DNA of 64,000 nt from Octopus sinensis (Eukaryota), in the NCBI RefSeq assembly GCF_006345805.1, contig NC_043014.1, forward strand, positions 11,780,001 through 11,844,000, read 5' to 3'. Every line of letters begins with the position of its first letter. Within the stretch, counting starts at the first letter, position 1. Below, one piece after another: positions 10,971-22,873 of the stretch. The notes beneath the pieces were generated by a model. The model saw only the letters and a list, made by a program, of their open reading frames with translations. It did not search any database and had not been told where the DNA came from. Made by a program: the position numbers and the translations under genes.

Positions 10971-11881
10971 CGTTTATCGTTTTTTATACTAACTTATAAT
11001 AATTTTTTTCAAATCGATTTATACGAGATTTAAGTTAATGAGCTGGCAGAATCCTTTGCTTAGCGACATTTATTCTGGCTCTTTGCGATGAGTTCAAATC
11101 CCGCCGAGGTCGACTTTGTCTTTCATCACTTCACAGTCGATAAAATAAAACAGGCACTCCGTCAGTTACAACGACGAGTGTTCCAGTCGATCCGATCGAC
11201 AGAACAGCCTGCTAGTGAAATTAACGTGCAAGTGGCTGATTACTCCACGGACACGCGTAGCCTTAATGTAGTTCTCAGGGAGATTCAGCGTGAGACAGAA
11301 ATACTGATACAACTCATTTTTGCCAGCTCAGTGTAGTGGAGTAAAGTGAAATAAAGCAACTTGCTCAACGACATAACACACTGCCTGGGATCGAACTAAT
11401 GACCTGAATATCCCAAACTGCTAGCTGAATACCCCTAACCACTAAGCCACAGGCATCCACGGAGTAACACCCGGAATAACAGAAGTCGGCAGGTCCGGTC
11501 ATTAGATGCATAGTAATGACAGACGGTGATAAGATCAGAGAGCACCGACCTGTGAATGTCACGATTTTGTAGGAAAAACCTTAGGAAGAAAGGAATAAAA
11601 TTACATCAGAACAAATTGAGAAATTGGTCAAATCCTGTGGACGGAGATGTGCTGAAGTCATTAAAAATACAGGAATGTACACATCTTATAAATATATCGA
11701 TGTTGATTATAAAAATTCCAGGCAAAATTTTGATTTCTTGAGTTTTACGTCATGCATTCTCTAATTTTGCCCATCTTGTATTTTTCAAATAAACATTTTT
11801 TCTATTATATATAGTAGCATAAGTGGCAACCAGTGATTATGTATAAACGAATTTTGGGTTAGTTAAAAAATATGTTTCTAA

Positions 11882-12239
11882 AGGCAAATGCACAGCAGCT
11901 ACCATGGGGTAAAAAATTCTCTCTTATGGTAGATGTAAAAACACCGTATCTGCCTCTAGCAGATTCCCAGATGTGCGTTTCTGGCTCTTAAGCCTTCCTC
12001 ATTGGTAAATACTGAAGAGAAATAACTATGGGCAGATTCAAAGTCGTAGCTTTAACTAAAGAACAGACAACATTAGTGACTGGTTCTCTCTTCGGTATTT
12101 CCCATTGAAGAAAGCTAAGGAAACGGAAACGTGGGTCTAAGAATCCGCTAGAGGAAAGCACTGGGCAGATATGGTGTTTTTATACCATTTTACCGTTAGG
12201 AAGAATCTTTCCTCCACGGTAGCTGTAGTGAATTTGCCT
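11882..12239. mobile_element. MITE with long imperfect TIRs (possibly PIF/Harbinger-like)
   Basis: aggcaaatgcacagcagctaccatgg...aaaacaccgtatctgcc pairs with ggcagatatggtgtttt...ccacggtagctgtagtgaatttgcct. Confidence 0.6.
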
Positions 12240-12270
12240 TCAGAAATTAAATGTCACAAAACATATTTTA

Positions 12271-12623
12271 AACAAGTGCACTCAGAGAGCGCAACACTAA
12301 CGTCCTCTCAACGATTAGCCGGAGATGATTTTTAAAATGAGAATATCTGAAATAAAAACTTGACTGCTCTCTCACAAACGAGAATGCTAAAAATGAACCC
12401 GACTGCTCTCAAAAATTAATTAAAAAAAACCCCCGGAAAAATAATCCAGAATCTTTGTCCAGTACCGGATCGATCCCAAAATCTAATCAGCTCGTGTCAG
12501 TCACGAGGCCAAACATTACTGAAAGTTTCAGCCGGATCCATCAAGTGGTTCTTGAGATATCCTGTCCAAACAAACAAACACAACTGAAAACAATACCTCT
12601 GCCTTCGCTAAGGCGGAGGTAAT
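12271..12623. mobile_element. Non-autonomous Helentron-type (HINE/DINE-like) element
   Basis: Starts aacaagtgcactcagagag, has internal (CAAA)n, and ends in hairpin acctctgcctt-cgct-aaggcggaggt followed by aat. Confidence 0.55.
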
Positions 12624-13387
12624 AGCCTAAAGTTCGTTTATTCCTAACGATAACTTCAAAATTGAAATCAAAGAAATTGCTGATGGCACGTATGATAGCT
12701 AAAATAAGTAAACATCTGAAAATCTTTTAAACCATGCACTATGAAATAATGCTGGTTATGGAGGACATATATTGAAAGTTTAAAAGTGTTAACAACTTTG
12801 AGAAGTATAATTGATGTTTAGATAAAAGGATACAAAGGGAACGAGTGGAATAAGAGACGGACATTTGAACAACGTAAGAGTTTAGAGCAAATCGACAAAA
12901 ATCCGAAAGGTAATGGATTGAATGTAAACAAGAAAGAATTGACAATAGAAGTTGTACACAATGATACGCTGATAAAAGGAAAAGAAGTAGACTGCTGTTT
13001 CGGGTGATCTGTTTTGAGTAAGAAGCAAGATAAAGGAAACAAGGAAAACGATGCTATAATATATAAAGCATGGGTGGGAGGGGGGTAAAAGAGAGAAAAA
13101 GAGAGAGGAAAATAACGTGAAGATAAGGTCAACAGGTTGTGAGATGGTACCTGCTTTCTCATTAATAATTAACAAAACGAACACATTCGATAAAATATTC
13201 GCTTTGAATTTTATCGGCCCCCGAAAGGAAGAACGTTATACTTTTTAGGAGAAAGGAAATAGGAAATAGCAGTTACTATCCAAGGACAAAAATCGTGTTA
13301 CACAGTGTAATCTTTGATTTCACTGTTCAACACGAGGTACTTAACATAGAGCTATGTGGACTTGGCTGTAGATAGCTGTTTAAGTGA

Positions 13388-13803
13388 AGGCAGCGAGCTG
13401 GCAGAAACGTTAGCACGCCGGGCGAAATGCTTAGCGGTATTTCGTCTGCCGCTACGTTCTGAGTTCAAATTCGCTGAGGTCGACTTTGCCTTTCATCCTT
13501 TCGGGGTCGATAAATTAAGGACCAGTTACGCACTGGGGTCGATATAATCGACATAATCCGTCTGTCTGTCCTTGTTTGTCCCCTCTGTGTTTAGCCCCTT
13601 GTGGGTAGTAAAGAAATAGATATTTCATCTGCCGCTACGTTCTGAGCTCAAATTCCGCCGAGGTCGACTTTGCCTTTCATCCTTTCGGGGTCGATAAATT
13701 AAGTACCAGTTTTGCACTGGGGTCGAAATAATCGACTTAATCCCTTTGTATCTCCTTGTTTGTCCCCTCTATGTTTAGCCCCTTGTGGGCAATAGAGAAA
13801 TAA
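13388..13803 (+). mobile_element. Family-A SINE dimer
   Basis: One head and two body-tail units. TSD agatagctgtttaagtg on both sides. Confidence 0.9.
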
Positions 13804-14774
13804 GATAGCTGTTTAAGTGTACAATAACCATGGATGCACCACAAGCGACGCAATAGAAATGGTGACATGACACAAACCGACGAACCCCCACTTTCGTCTC
13901 TGACGCTAGGACTCTCCTCTGCGTATCATTGCTAATTAATTTGTCGACCCTCTCCTCCGCTGCCGCCACCGCCACCTCACCTGTCATCAATCCAAAATGA
14001 TGGCACGCGTTGTCAATCTCGGTACATTTGAACACAATACATAAAACGAAAGTGAATTAAATTCTGCCCGTCTCTCGTTTTGTTTTACTGCTGTTGTCCC
14101 ATTTAAAACATTTCGAATTATCTATTATATTTTACTCGCTGTCGCTGCTCCTCTCTTTCGTACTGCAATCAAAAGTTGTTGACAAGAACTGTCCAATAAG
14201 CAACCAATTAGCCGAATTTCTTTTAAGAAGCAGTAATTTGACACGTTACATTTTCTTCCTGTTGCATAATTATAGTACGATCGTTAGGTGCCAAGATAGA
14301 AAAAAAAAACAAAAACAAAAAATAAAATATATATAAAAATATAATAAATGGTCGTTTGAAACAAGTTGGCACCTTTTACTTGTAATGTCTTCATAAACTA
14401 TAACCCACCAATCTTTCTCTTTCTCTCCTTCTTTTCTCTTCCCCACTCTCTCTCTCTCTCTCTCTCTCACGCACATACGAACACAGGTACGCAAAGACAA
14501 TAAATAAAGAAAATTTGGTGTTTTATTGTATATTTTGCGAAAACAAAATGCTGTTAAATGAAAGCTTGGTAAAGGAATTAAGTGACGTTGTTGCCAAGAA
14601 TATGTCACACGCTTATTGAAAGATCCACTCTTAAGTAGTGTGAAGATACGGACAATAATTTCTAATATGGGTGCAGAGGCTTTTTTTATTTCGAGAAATG
14701 ACTCAGTCATTTGAGTTTGTATCCCGTGCTTAATTGGTAATTATTTTATTGATACATATGGTGGCGAGCTGGAA

Positions 14775-15369
14775 GGCGGCGAACTGGCAGAAACGTTAGC
14801 GCGCCGGGCGAAATGCTTAACGGCATTTTGCCGTTACGTTCTCAGTTCAAATTCCGCTGAGGTCGACTTTGCCTTTCATCCTTTCGGGGTCGATAAATTA
14901 AGTACCAGTTTCGCACTGGGGTCGATATAATCGACTTAATCCGTTTGTCTGTCCTTGTTTGTCCCCTCTGTATTTAGCCCCTTGTGAATAGTAAAGAAAT
15001 AGGTATTTCATCTGTCGTTACGTTCTGAGTTCAAATTCCGCCGAGATCGACATTGCCTTTCATCCTTTCGGGATCGATAAATTAAGTACCAGTTACGCAC
15101 TGGGGTCGATGTAATCGACTTAATCCGTGTGTCTATCCTTGTTTGTTTTGTCTGTGTTTAGCCCCTTGTGGGTAGTAAAGAAATAGGTATTTCATCTGTC
15201 GTTACGTTCTGAGTTCAAATTCCGCTGAGGTCGACTTTGCCTTTCATCCTTTCGGGGTCGATAAACAAAGTACCAGTTACGCACTGGGGTCGATATAATT
15301 GACTTAATCCGTTTGTCTGTCCTTGTTTGTCCCCTCTATGTTTAGCCCCTTTGTGGGCAGGAAAGAAAT
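14775..15369 (+). mobile_element. Family-A SINE trimer (184-bp repeat units)
   Basis: Junction aagaaatagg|tatttc at ~15001 and ~15185. Confidence 0.9.
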
Positions 15370-15714
15370 ATATGGTGGCGAGCTGGCAGAATCGTTACCC
15401 TTACGGATAAAATGCTTAGCGGACTTTCTTTCAGTTTTGCGTTCCGAGTTCAAATTCCACCAAAGTCGACGTTGTCTTCCATATTTTCGGGGCGAAAAAC
15501 TACGCGTCCTTTCCCTCCGTTGGTCAGTTGAAGCTTAGATAGTGTCACGTGACAGTTAGCTGGTGTTGGCTGCTGGAGCCTACCGGCGAATATTTAAAGG
15601 GAAATTTAGCAGGATGGTCATTCGCCCGCTGACATTCGTTGACGCTCCATCGAAGAAACCAAAGGAAAAAAAGGAGAAAGAAAAATAAAGGAGAAAGGGA
15701 AAACGCACTGAACA

Positions 15715-15870
15715 CCAGAGCTGATGACACCTTCGAAGGTTGGGGGGAAATCGAAAACGGTAGAGGAGGGGCCGAAACCGAACGTGGTTCCTTCTGATGA
15801 TGTTTTTAGCCACTGGATCCTATAAAGGAGCTGTTGAAGTAGCGAACCACGAAACGTGGTTAGAATTCCT
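15715..15870 (+). ncRNA. Cluster of hammerhead core motifs (Penelope-like LTR remnant)
   Basis: CTGATGA at 15721 and 15794, CTGTTGA at 15831, GAAA(C) at 15747, 15774 and 15851. Confidence 0.4.
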
Positions 15871-17068
15871 CAGTGCCAACTGAGCACTGGGACCGATGTA
15901 TTTGGCTAGACCCCTTTCTATAAAATTCAAGTGTTGTGCCTATAGTAGAAAGGATTATATTGATACTTATGATGGCGAGCTGGCAGAATCAAAAGCACGC
16001 CGGAGAAAATGCTTAGCGGCATTTCTTTCGGTTTTATGTTCTGAGTTCAAATTCTGTCGCTGTTTACTTTACCTTTCAACCTTTCGGGGGTTGAAAGCAT
16101 GTCAACGATTCTCCTCCCGCATTGAAACAATCATTAAAACCTTCGGCTTTAATGATTGCTTCAATGAACAACTGCACAAATTTTAATTAATTTTAATTAG
16201 TTTTTTTAATTTTAACTTTTAATTAGTTTGGGTTTTGCAAGACTGGAATCCTCAAATAGTCCGCTGCCCTAATCACTGGGCCATTGCCCCTCCACAAATA
16301 TAAATATATGTATATATATAAACACATACACACATACATATACATATATATATATATTCACGTGTACACACGTACACGCACAACAATTACGTGCACACAC
16401 ACAAGTCAACACTTATACATAACACAGATTTTTTCATATAAAGCATGTATACCTATATATATATGCACACATATATATGTGTGCGTGTCTGCACACACAG
16501 ATAAGGAAACAAATACGCATACATGGATAATACATACATACATACGCAAAATTGTACAATCACCTTCTAAAAAGAATATTAGGTATAGGTTACGTAAAGT
16601 TAAAAAAAAGAAAAATCTGATTATTTAAATATTTTAAAAAATAGATAACGTTCTGTATAATCTAATTAAATCGATCTAACAGAAAAATCTAAGATGTTTT
16701 ACTTCTAAAAGAAAAGACGATTGTATCAATATAAATAGAGCTGAAATTATTTAAGTGCTAAGGTCGCTTGTATATTCAAAAAATATTTCCAGTTAATGTA
16801 TAAGGGGAGGTAAATATAGTAATTATTAAGTAACGTTTAAAGAGTATTAAATTAAGTATTTAGATATATATATATATATATATATATGTTTATATATTTA
16901 TGTAGTTATAACTTAGCATAGACTATCAAGAACAAAGTAATTGAAAAAATAATAAGTATAAAACTTTTTTTATCAATGCAAGCACTAACTGATCTATATA
17001 CACTTATGTGTGCTTATCAAAAGTGCACACGTACTAGTTTATACCTATACCTACATTTACATAGGTTC

Positions 17069-17099
<31 letters not shown>

Positions 17100-17672
17100 A
17101 GGATATGTATTCAACAAGAACCATGCATATGAATTAATAAGTATAAGTATGTGTATATAAGTATGTATATATATATATATGTGTGTGTGTGTGTGAGCGC
17201 GTATGTGTTTACATGTATATATATATATTTATATTTAGATGTGTATATCTATGTGTATGTATATATATATATATATATATATACTTTATTTTAAGCAGCA
17301 GAAAATTCAACAAAATCTGTTTTTCTGCCGCTTAAAATAAAGCATATTACTCTACCACTGGTATTTGAGTACTCTTTTTTCCACCTTGTTTCACATTTAT
17401 GTGTTTACTCCGGTATATATATATATATATATGCACTGAATTAAAAAATGAATGCCTTTTGACCAGTGTTAATATAAGCTTACTCTTTTACTTGTTTCAG
17501 TCATTTGACTGCGGCCATGCTGGAGCACCGCCTTTAGTCGAGCAAATCGACCCCGGGACTTATTCTTTGTAAGCCCAGTACTTATTCTATCGGTCTCTTT
17601 TCCGAACCGCTAAGTGACGGGGACGTAAACACACCAGCATCGGTTGTAAGCAATGCTAGGGGACAAACACCA

Positions 17673-17732
<60 letters not shown>

Positions 17733-17936
17733 TACGACGGGCTTCTTTCAGTTTCCGTCTACCAATCCACTCACAAGGCTTTGGTCGGCCGAGGCTATAG
17801 TAGAAGACATTTGCCAAGGTGCCACGCTGTGGGACTGAACCCGGAACCATGTGGTTAGCAAGCTACTTACCACACAGCCACTCCTGCGCCTATGTATACA
17901 TGTATTTATATTTAGATGTTTATATCTATGTGTATG

Positions 17937-17975
<39 letters not shown>

Positions 17976-18162
17976 GCACTGAATTAAAAAATGAATGCTT
18001 TTTGACCTGTGTTAATATATGTTTATATACTATTTTTATATAAGTTTCCCCCAGCTTTATAAACAATTTACCTAACTATTTATGTTATCTCCTCATTCAT
18101 ACGATACCCTTATTCATTGTAATTTACTATTCAGCTTCTGTTTATTTACCTATTATTACCCT

Positions 18163-18244
18163 ATCCCACCGAAGAAATTTTGCTTGATATAATGATTTTA
18201 TTACTGTTTAATCTATTAAGCCTAATTGAAACAGCTGTAAGGAC
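18163..18244 (+). ncRNA. Minimal type-I hammerhead-like motif, copy 1 (core mutated to CCGAAGA)
   Basis: CCGAAGA 18169-75, stem II, GAAA 18228-31, palindrome CAGCTG, TA, aggac. Confidence 0.55.
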
Positions 18245-18501
18245 CATGTTTGAATCTTGCACATAATGAATTTTTATCAAACGCTGTATCTTCATATTCT
18301 TACTTTCTTTTTATGATAATAAACAATGGTTTATATACTAATTACCTTAATTATATTCACATAATATCCATTACACACTAAAACAACCTATAACCCCTTA
18401 ATCCGGGCATATACCAATATTAGCCATAAAATAATACTCAGTCTGCTGTGATGATTCAAAAATGCAACACTTAAAATCTAACGGTATATATTTTTTCTAT
18501 C

Positions 18502-18582
18502 CCTCTGAAGAAATTTTGCTTAATATAATGATTTTATTTATTTCTATTTAATCTATTAAGCCTAATTGAAACAGCTGTAAGG
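18502..18582 (+). ncRNA. Minimal type-I hammerhead-like motif, copy 2 (intact core)
   Basis: cct-CTGAAGA-aatt..gcttaata...tattaagc..aatt-GAAA-CAGCTG-TA-agg. Confidence 0.65.
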
Positions 18583-18652
18583 ACCATGTTTAATTTTTGC
18601 AGATAATATTTTTTTATTAAATGTTATATCTCCATTTTCATACTTTCCTTTA

Positions 18653-18717
<65 letters not shown>

Positions 18718-18722
<5 letters not shown>

Positions 18723-18990
18723 GGAAAGTGTATATATATATATTTAAAGGAAAGTGTATATATATATATTTAAAGGAAAGTGTATATATATTTAAAGGAA
18801 AGTGTATATATATTTAAAGGAAAGTGTATATATATATTTAAATGAAAGTGTATATATATATTTAAAGGGAAGAGTATATACATATATATTTAAAGGGAAG
18901 TGTATATACATATATATTTAAAGGGAAGTGTATATACATATATATTTAAAGGAAAGTGTATATACATATATATTCAAAGGAAAGTATGTA
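18718..18990. repeat. Minisatellite, 11 units of ~22-28 bp (ttaaaggaaagtg + (TA)n)
   Basis: Direct count of units. Confidence 0.92.
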
Positions 18991-19208
18991 ATATATATAT
19001 ATATATAATGAAACCAAGTTTAGTATGATGGCCGTGCACGCTTTATAACATGTAGTACTATCGAATATCAAATAATTTATTCATTTTCGACGTATACCAA
19101 ATGCATAACTATTTCCTTCTTTTATTTTGCACATTGTAGACGAAGATAACAAAATATATCTTAAGATAACCAAACACAGAAACGAACGCAATAACAAAAA
19201 GCTCAGCC

Positions 19209-19352
19209 ATGGCCGTTGTTGTTGATTGTCAAGTTGGAGAAACCCCAGAGATTCTTTTTGAGAGCCTCAATGATTCTCTCGGATGGGAAATGACTGAATC
19301 GATCGATGACATATTTGTCTTTACACTGGAACTAACTAAAAAAGCCGGAAAG
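19209..19352 (+). CDS. IMPA: Inositol monophosphatase, first coding exon (MAVVVDCQ...EMTESIDDIFVFTLELTKKAGK)
   Basis: ATG in gccATGG context, 48 open codons, phase-0 donor AAG|GTAAAA. The last 21 aa parallel the first coding exon of vertebrate IMPA1 (M...AVTLARQAGE). A polypyrimidine tract plus TAG acceptor ending at 19139 implies an upstream non-coding exon. Confidence 0.85.
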
Positions 19353-19661
19353 GTAAAAAAACGTCACTTTATATAAACGTATTTAACTGATCTTTTCACA
19401 CACACAGACACACACATGTATATAAGAGCTGCTGTTTGAACCTGCTATGAAATGTTCCGAGGGGGTAGTCCGTTAGTCATAGTACGGCACAATTGTATAT
19501 ATGACTCTCTCTTTCTCTCACCTCTGTCTGTCGTCTGTCTCTCTCTCTCTTCTATTTATATATATAATATTATATATAATAATAATTATTATTATTTGAA
19601 GAAAATTAATCCTAACTTACAGGGAAAAAATTCATTTAGAATACTAAATCAATTTCACATA

Positions 19662-19693
<32 letters not shown>

Positions 19694-19826
19694 ATATATA
19701 TATATATAATATATATAAATTAGAAAAAAAACACCTTTTATCATTCAAAAAAAAATTGCAAAAAAATAAAAAAATTTTTTTGCAATTTACTTAATAATTG
19801 GTATTTTATTGTTATTTTAATTTTAA

Positions 19827-19926
19827 NNNNNNNNNNNNNNNNNNNNNNNNNNNNNNNNNNNNNNNNNNNNNNNNNNNNNNNNNNNNNNNNNNNNNNNNNN
19901 NNNNNNNNNNNNNNNNNNNNNNNNNN
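19827..19926. other. Assembly gap (100 N placeholder)
   Basis: Run of exactly 100 N inside the IMPA gene. Confidence 0.99.
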
Positions 19927-20026
19927 GTATAGGTCTACACAATAATCCAAGAGAAACTTTATTCTGCTAAGAAAGGCCAAGGTGCATATTGTAACAGTGA
20001 AGAAATATCAGTATCAGGACAAACAG
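19927..20026 (+). CDS. IMPA: IMPA internal exon, 5' end lost in the gap (VYTIIQEKLYSAKKGQGAYCNSEEISVSGQT)
   Basis: The frame from 19933 matches the IMPase VY...YxAxKGxGAxCNG motif. Donor CAG|GTGAG, phase 1. Confidence 0.92.
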
Positions 20027-20254
20027 GTGAGACACAAGTTCGGGGAATTATTATGTCATGAAATCATGGTGATATCGGTTTGGCAGCTGACGATCGGAAT
20101 GTCCATGTGATATACTTGTTTGTGAATTTTTTATGTCTTGGGGGTCTCATTCATCCTTTCGTGATCTATAAATTAAGTACCAGGGAAACACTGGGGTCGA
20201 TGGAATCAACTTAGCCCCTCTAAAATTTCAGGCCTTGTGCCTTTAGTAGAAAGG

Positions 20255-20324
<70 letters not shown>

Positions 20325-20327
<3 letters not shown>

Positions 20328-20425
20328 TTTAATCTGCGTGTTTGTTCCAATCACTTGCCGAGACACACCCAGTGTTCTCGGGCGAGTGAAGGATAAGAGA
20401 TGTTACAGTATGACTGAAAGTGTAA

Positions 20426-20428
<3 letters not shown>
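20325..20428 (-). mobile_element. Probable R4/Dong-like 3' end embedded in (TAA)n
   Basis: Minus strand has a ccgag...ctcgg hairpin running into (AAT)n. TAA arrays flank both sides, as expected for TAA-targeting elements. Confidence 0.45.
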
Positions 20429-20489
<61 letters not shown>

Positions 20490-20890
20490 AGGCAGCAAGC
20501 TGGCAAAATAGTTAGCACGCTGGACGAAATGTTTAGCAGTATTTCACCCGTCGCTAAGTTCTGAGTTCAAATTCCGCCGAGATCGACTTTGCCTTTCATC
20601 CTTTCGGGGTCGATAAATTAAGTACCAGTGAAACACTGGGGTCTATGTAATCGATTAGACCCCTCTCTCCAATCTTCAGACCTTGTGCCTTTAGTAGAAA
20701 GCATCATCATTATTATCATCATCATCGTATTCATCAACCTAGTCATTTTATCTTGGGATCTGGTGACAACAGATCTCCTCAGATCTCAAGAAATTTTTCT
20801 GATGTTTCTTGCAGGATAGAGTATGGAACTTTTTCTGCCATTCGACAGTGCGAGACTCAATTCTAAATTATTATTTGTATTTTTTTTCAG

Positions 20891-20996
20891 AACTCAAAAA
20901 AGCTTTGGTGTTTTCAGAATTCGGCAGCCATCGTGATCCCAAAAAGCTTGAAATTAAATTTGGCAACATGTATAATATTATTATGAAGAGTCACGG
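20891..20996 (+). CDS. IMPA: IMPA internal exon (ELKKALVFSEFGSHRDPKKLEIKFGNMYNIIMKSHG)
   Basis: ttttcag acceptor and GG|GTAAAT donor. Phases 1 and 2 fit the neighbouring exons. Aligns with IMPA1 DITKSLLVTELGSSR...VHG. Confidence 0.93.
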
Positions 20997-21519
20997 GTAA
21001 ATAATACGAAAATGATTGTAATGTCAATTTTTAATTTGCATGTAGGAGGCGTAGGAGTGGCCGTGTGGTAAGTATCTTGCTTACCAACCACATGGTTCCG
21101 GTTCAGTCCCACTGCGTGGCACCTTGGGCAAGTGTCTTCTACTATAGCCTCGGGCCGACCAAAGCCTTGTGAGTGGATTTGGTAGACGGAAACTGAAAGA
21201 AGCTCGTCGTACATATATATATTATATATATATTATGTTTATATATATATATATATATATATATTATGTATTATGTATGTATGTATGTAGAGTGGGTTAT
21301 GTGTGGTGTGTCTGTGTTTGTCCCCCCAACATCGCTTAACAACCGATGCTGGTGTGTTTACGTCCCCGTAAATTAGGGGCTCGGCAAAAGACACCGATAG
21401 AATAAATATTAAGCTTAAAAAAGAATAGGTCCTGGGGGTCGATTTGCTCGACTAAAGGCGATGCTCCAGTATGGCCGCAATCACATGACTGAAACAAGTA
21501 AAAAAGAATAAAAGAGCAA

Positions 21520-22070
21520 ATGTAATTTCCGTTTGATTGTGGAACAAATTTATGTCGTCAAGAGCGGCGATGATGTTGTCCATCTGGAATGAATAAAAAT
21601 TCTGTTTGAAACATTAGCTGCTCACATTACAGCCTCATTCAGTCACATCACACCTACTCAAGGCAGTTGGCATCCAGCATTTCATAGACTGATGGAACAG
21701 AAATCCCTTCTTATTCAACGAGTCACTGGCAAACATGCATAACACATACATTTAGTATGTCCGGTCGATAAAGTTTACAATAGCAGCGCTGCTTTTTATT
21801 CGCGATTGAATTTAATCTTAAGTCTGCATGGTCGGAGCGCACCAGCAAATGGTTGTTACACTATTTGCATTCGGTCATAGACTGGCGATTCAATCCACCC
21901 CCGGCTCGTGATGTTGATAAGCCACAAGAATGGTGAAATATCGGTAGTCATCACTCCTGAATGGCATTGAAAGTTAGTTGTCTCACCTGTCTATGCCTTT
22001 CAGGTGTTTTAACACCCAGTACTATGATGGAATCATTCCCAGAGCGCTGTTCTCCAGCGAGCAAGCGAAT
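21520..22070 (-). mobile_element. Very decayed RTE-like LINE fragment
   Basis: Broken frames resemble VPSVYEML..QLP(W)VG, corresponding to the RTE QLRWxGHV region. Confidence 0.35.
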
Positions 22071-22414
22071 AAGCAAATCACATATATTGAGCATGTGCGG
22101 TCGATAATATAGGATATATATATATATCTATATATATATATATATATATATATAATATGTATATATATATATATATATATACTATATATATATAAATGTA
22201 GTATGTGACAATTATTCGGTAGCCATGATAAAACTCCGAGTTTCGGATGCCGAGGTGGAAATCCACGCCGCTATCTCTTTAGTTATCCGGCCATCGGAAA
22301 AATGCTACGAAAAAAAAAATAATTGTCTGATATTACATTTACAGATAAATTCCTCTATTTTACATAATATCAAGGTCTCTTTCTTTTTTTTGTTATTTAC
22401 CATTGTTATCAATA

Positions 22415-22484
<70 letters not shown>

Positions 22485-22490
<6 letters not shown>

Positions 22491-22873
22491 TAAAAGTAAG
22501 GTTGTGTGTAGTCTCCTACGATTTAGATTCCTAACTACTCCCACATTTTGTGGTGCAGTATAACCAAAACCGGGTATATTATAGTCGTGATTCATATCGA
22601 GCCCTTCTGGGTATTAGCGCGCGTCTACGATGAGTCTACGATTTAAAAAAAATTTACCATAATTTTTTCCCATTTTAATGCATTTTTCGCTATTATATAA
22701 GGGAAGTAACTCTCTAAAAATGTCTACGATGAGTCACGATTAAAAAAAAATTTACCATAATTTTTTTTCCATTTTTAATGCTTTTTTTTGCTATTTTTTG
22801 GCTATAACTCTCTAAAAATGCTTATATAGTTATTTCCCTTACAAACCCGAGCAACGCCGGGCGATACTGCTAG
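22485..22873 (+). mobile_element. Non-autonomous Helitron (family H1)
   Basis: 3' hairpin cccgagcaacgccggg followed by CTAG|T. Homologous to 27460-27759. Confidence 0.8.

Noticed and set aside
15845-15861. GAAAC at 15851 as a hammerhead 3' core
   Set aside because: It sits in the loop of the aaccac/gtggtt hairpin and no matching stem I was found.
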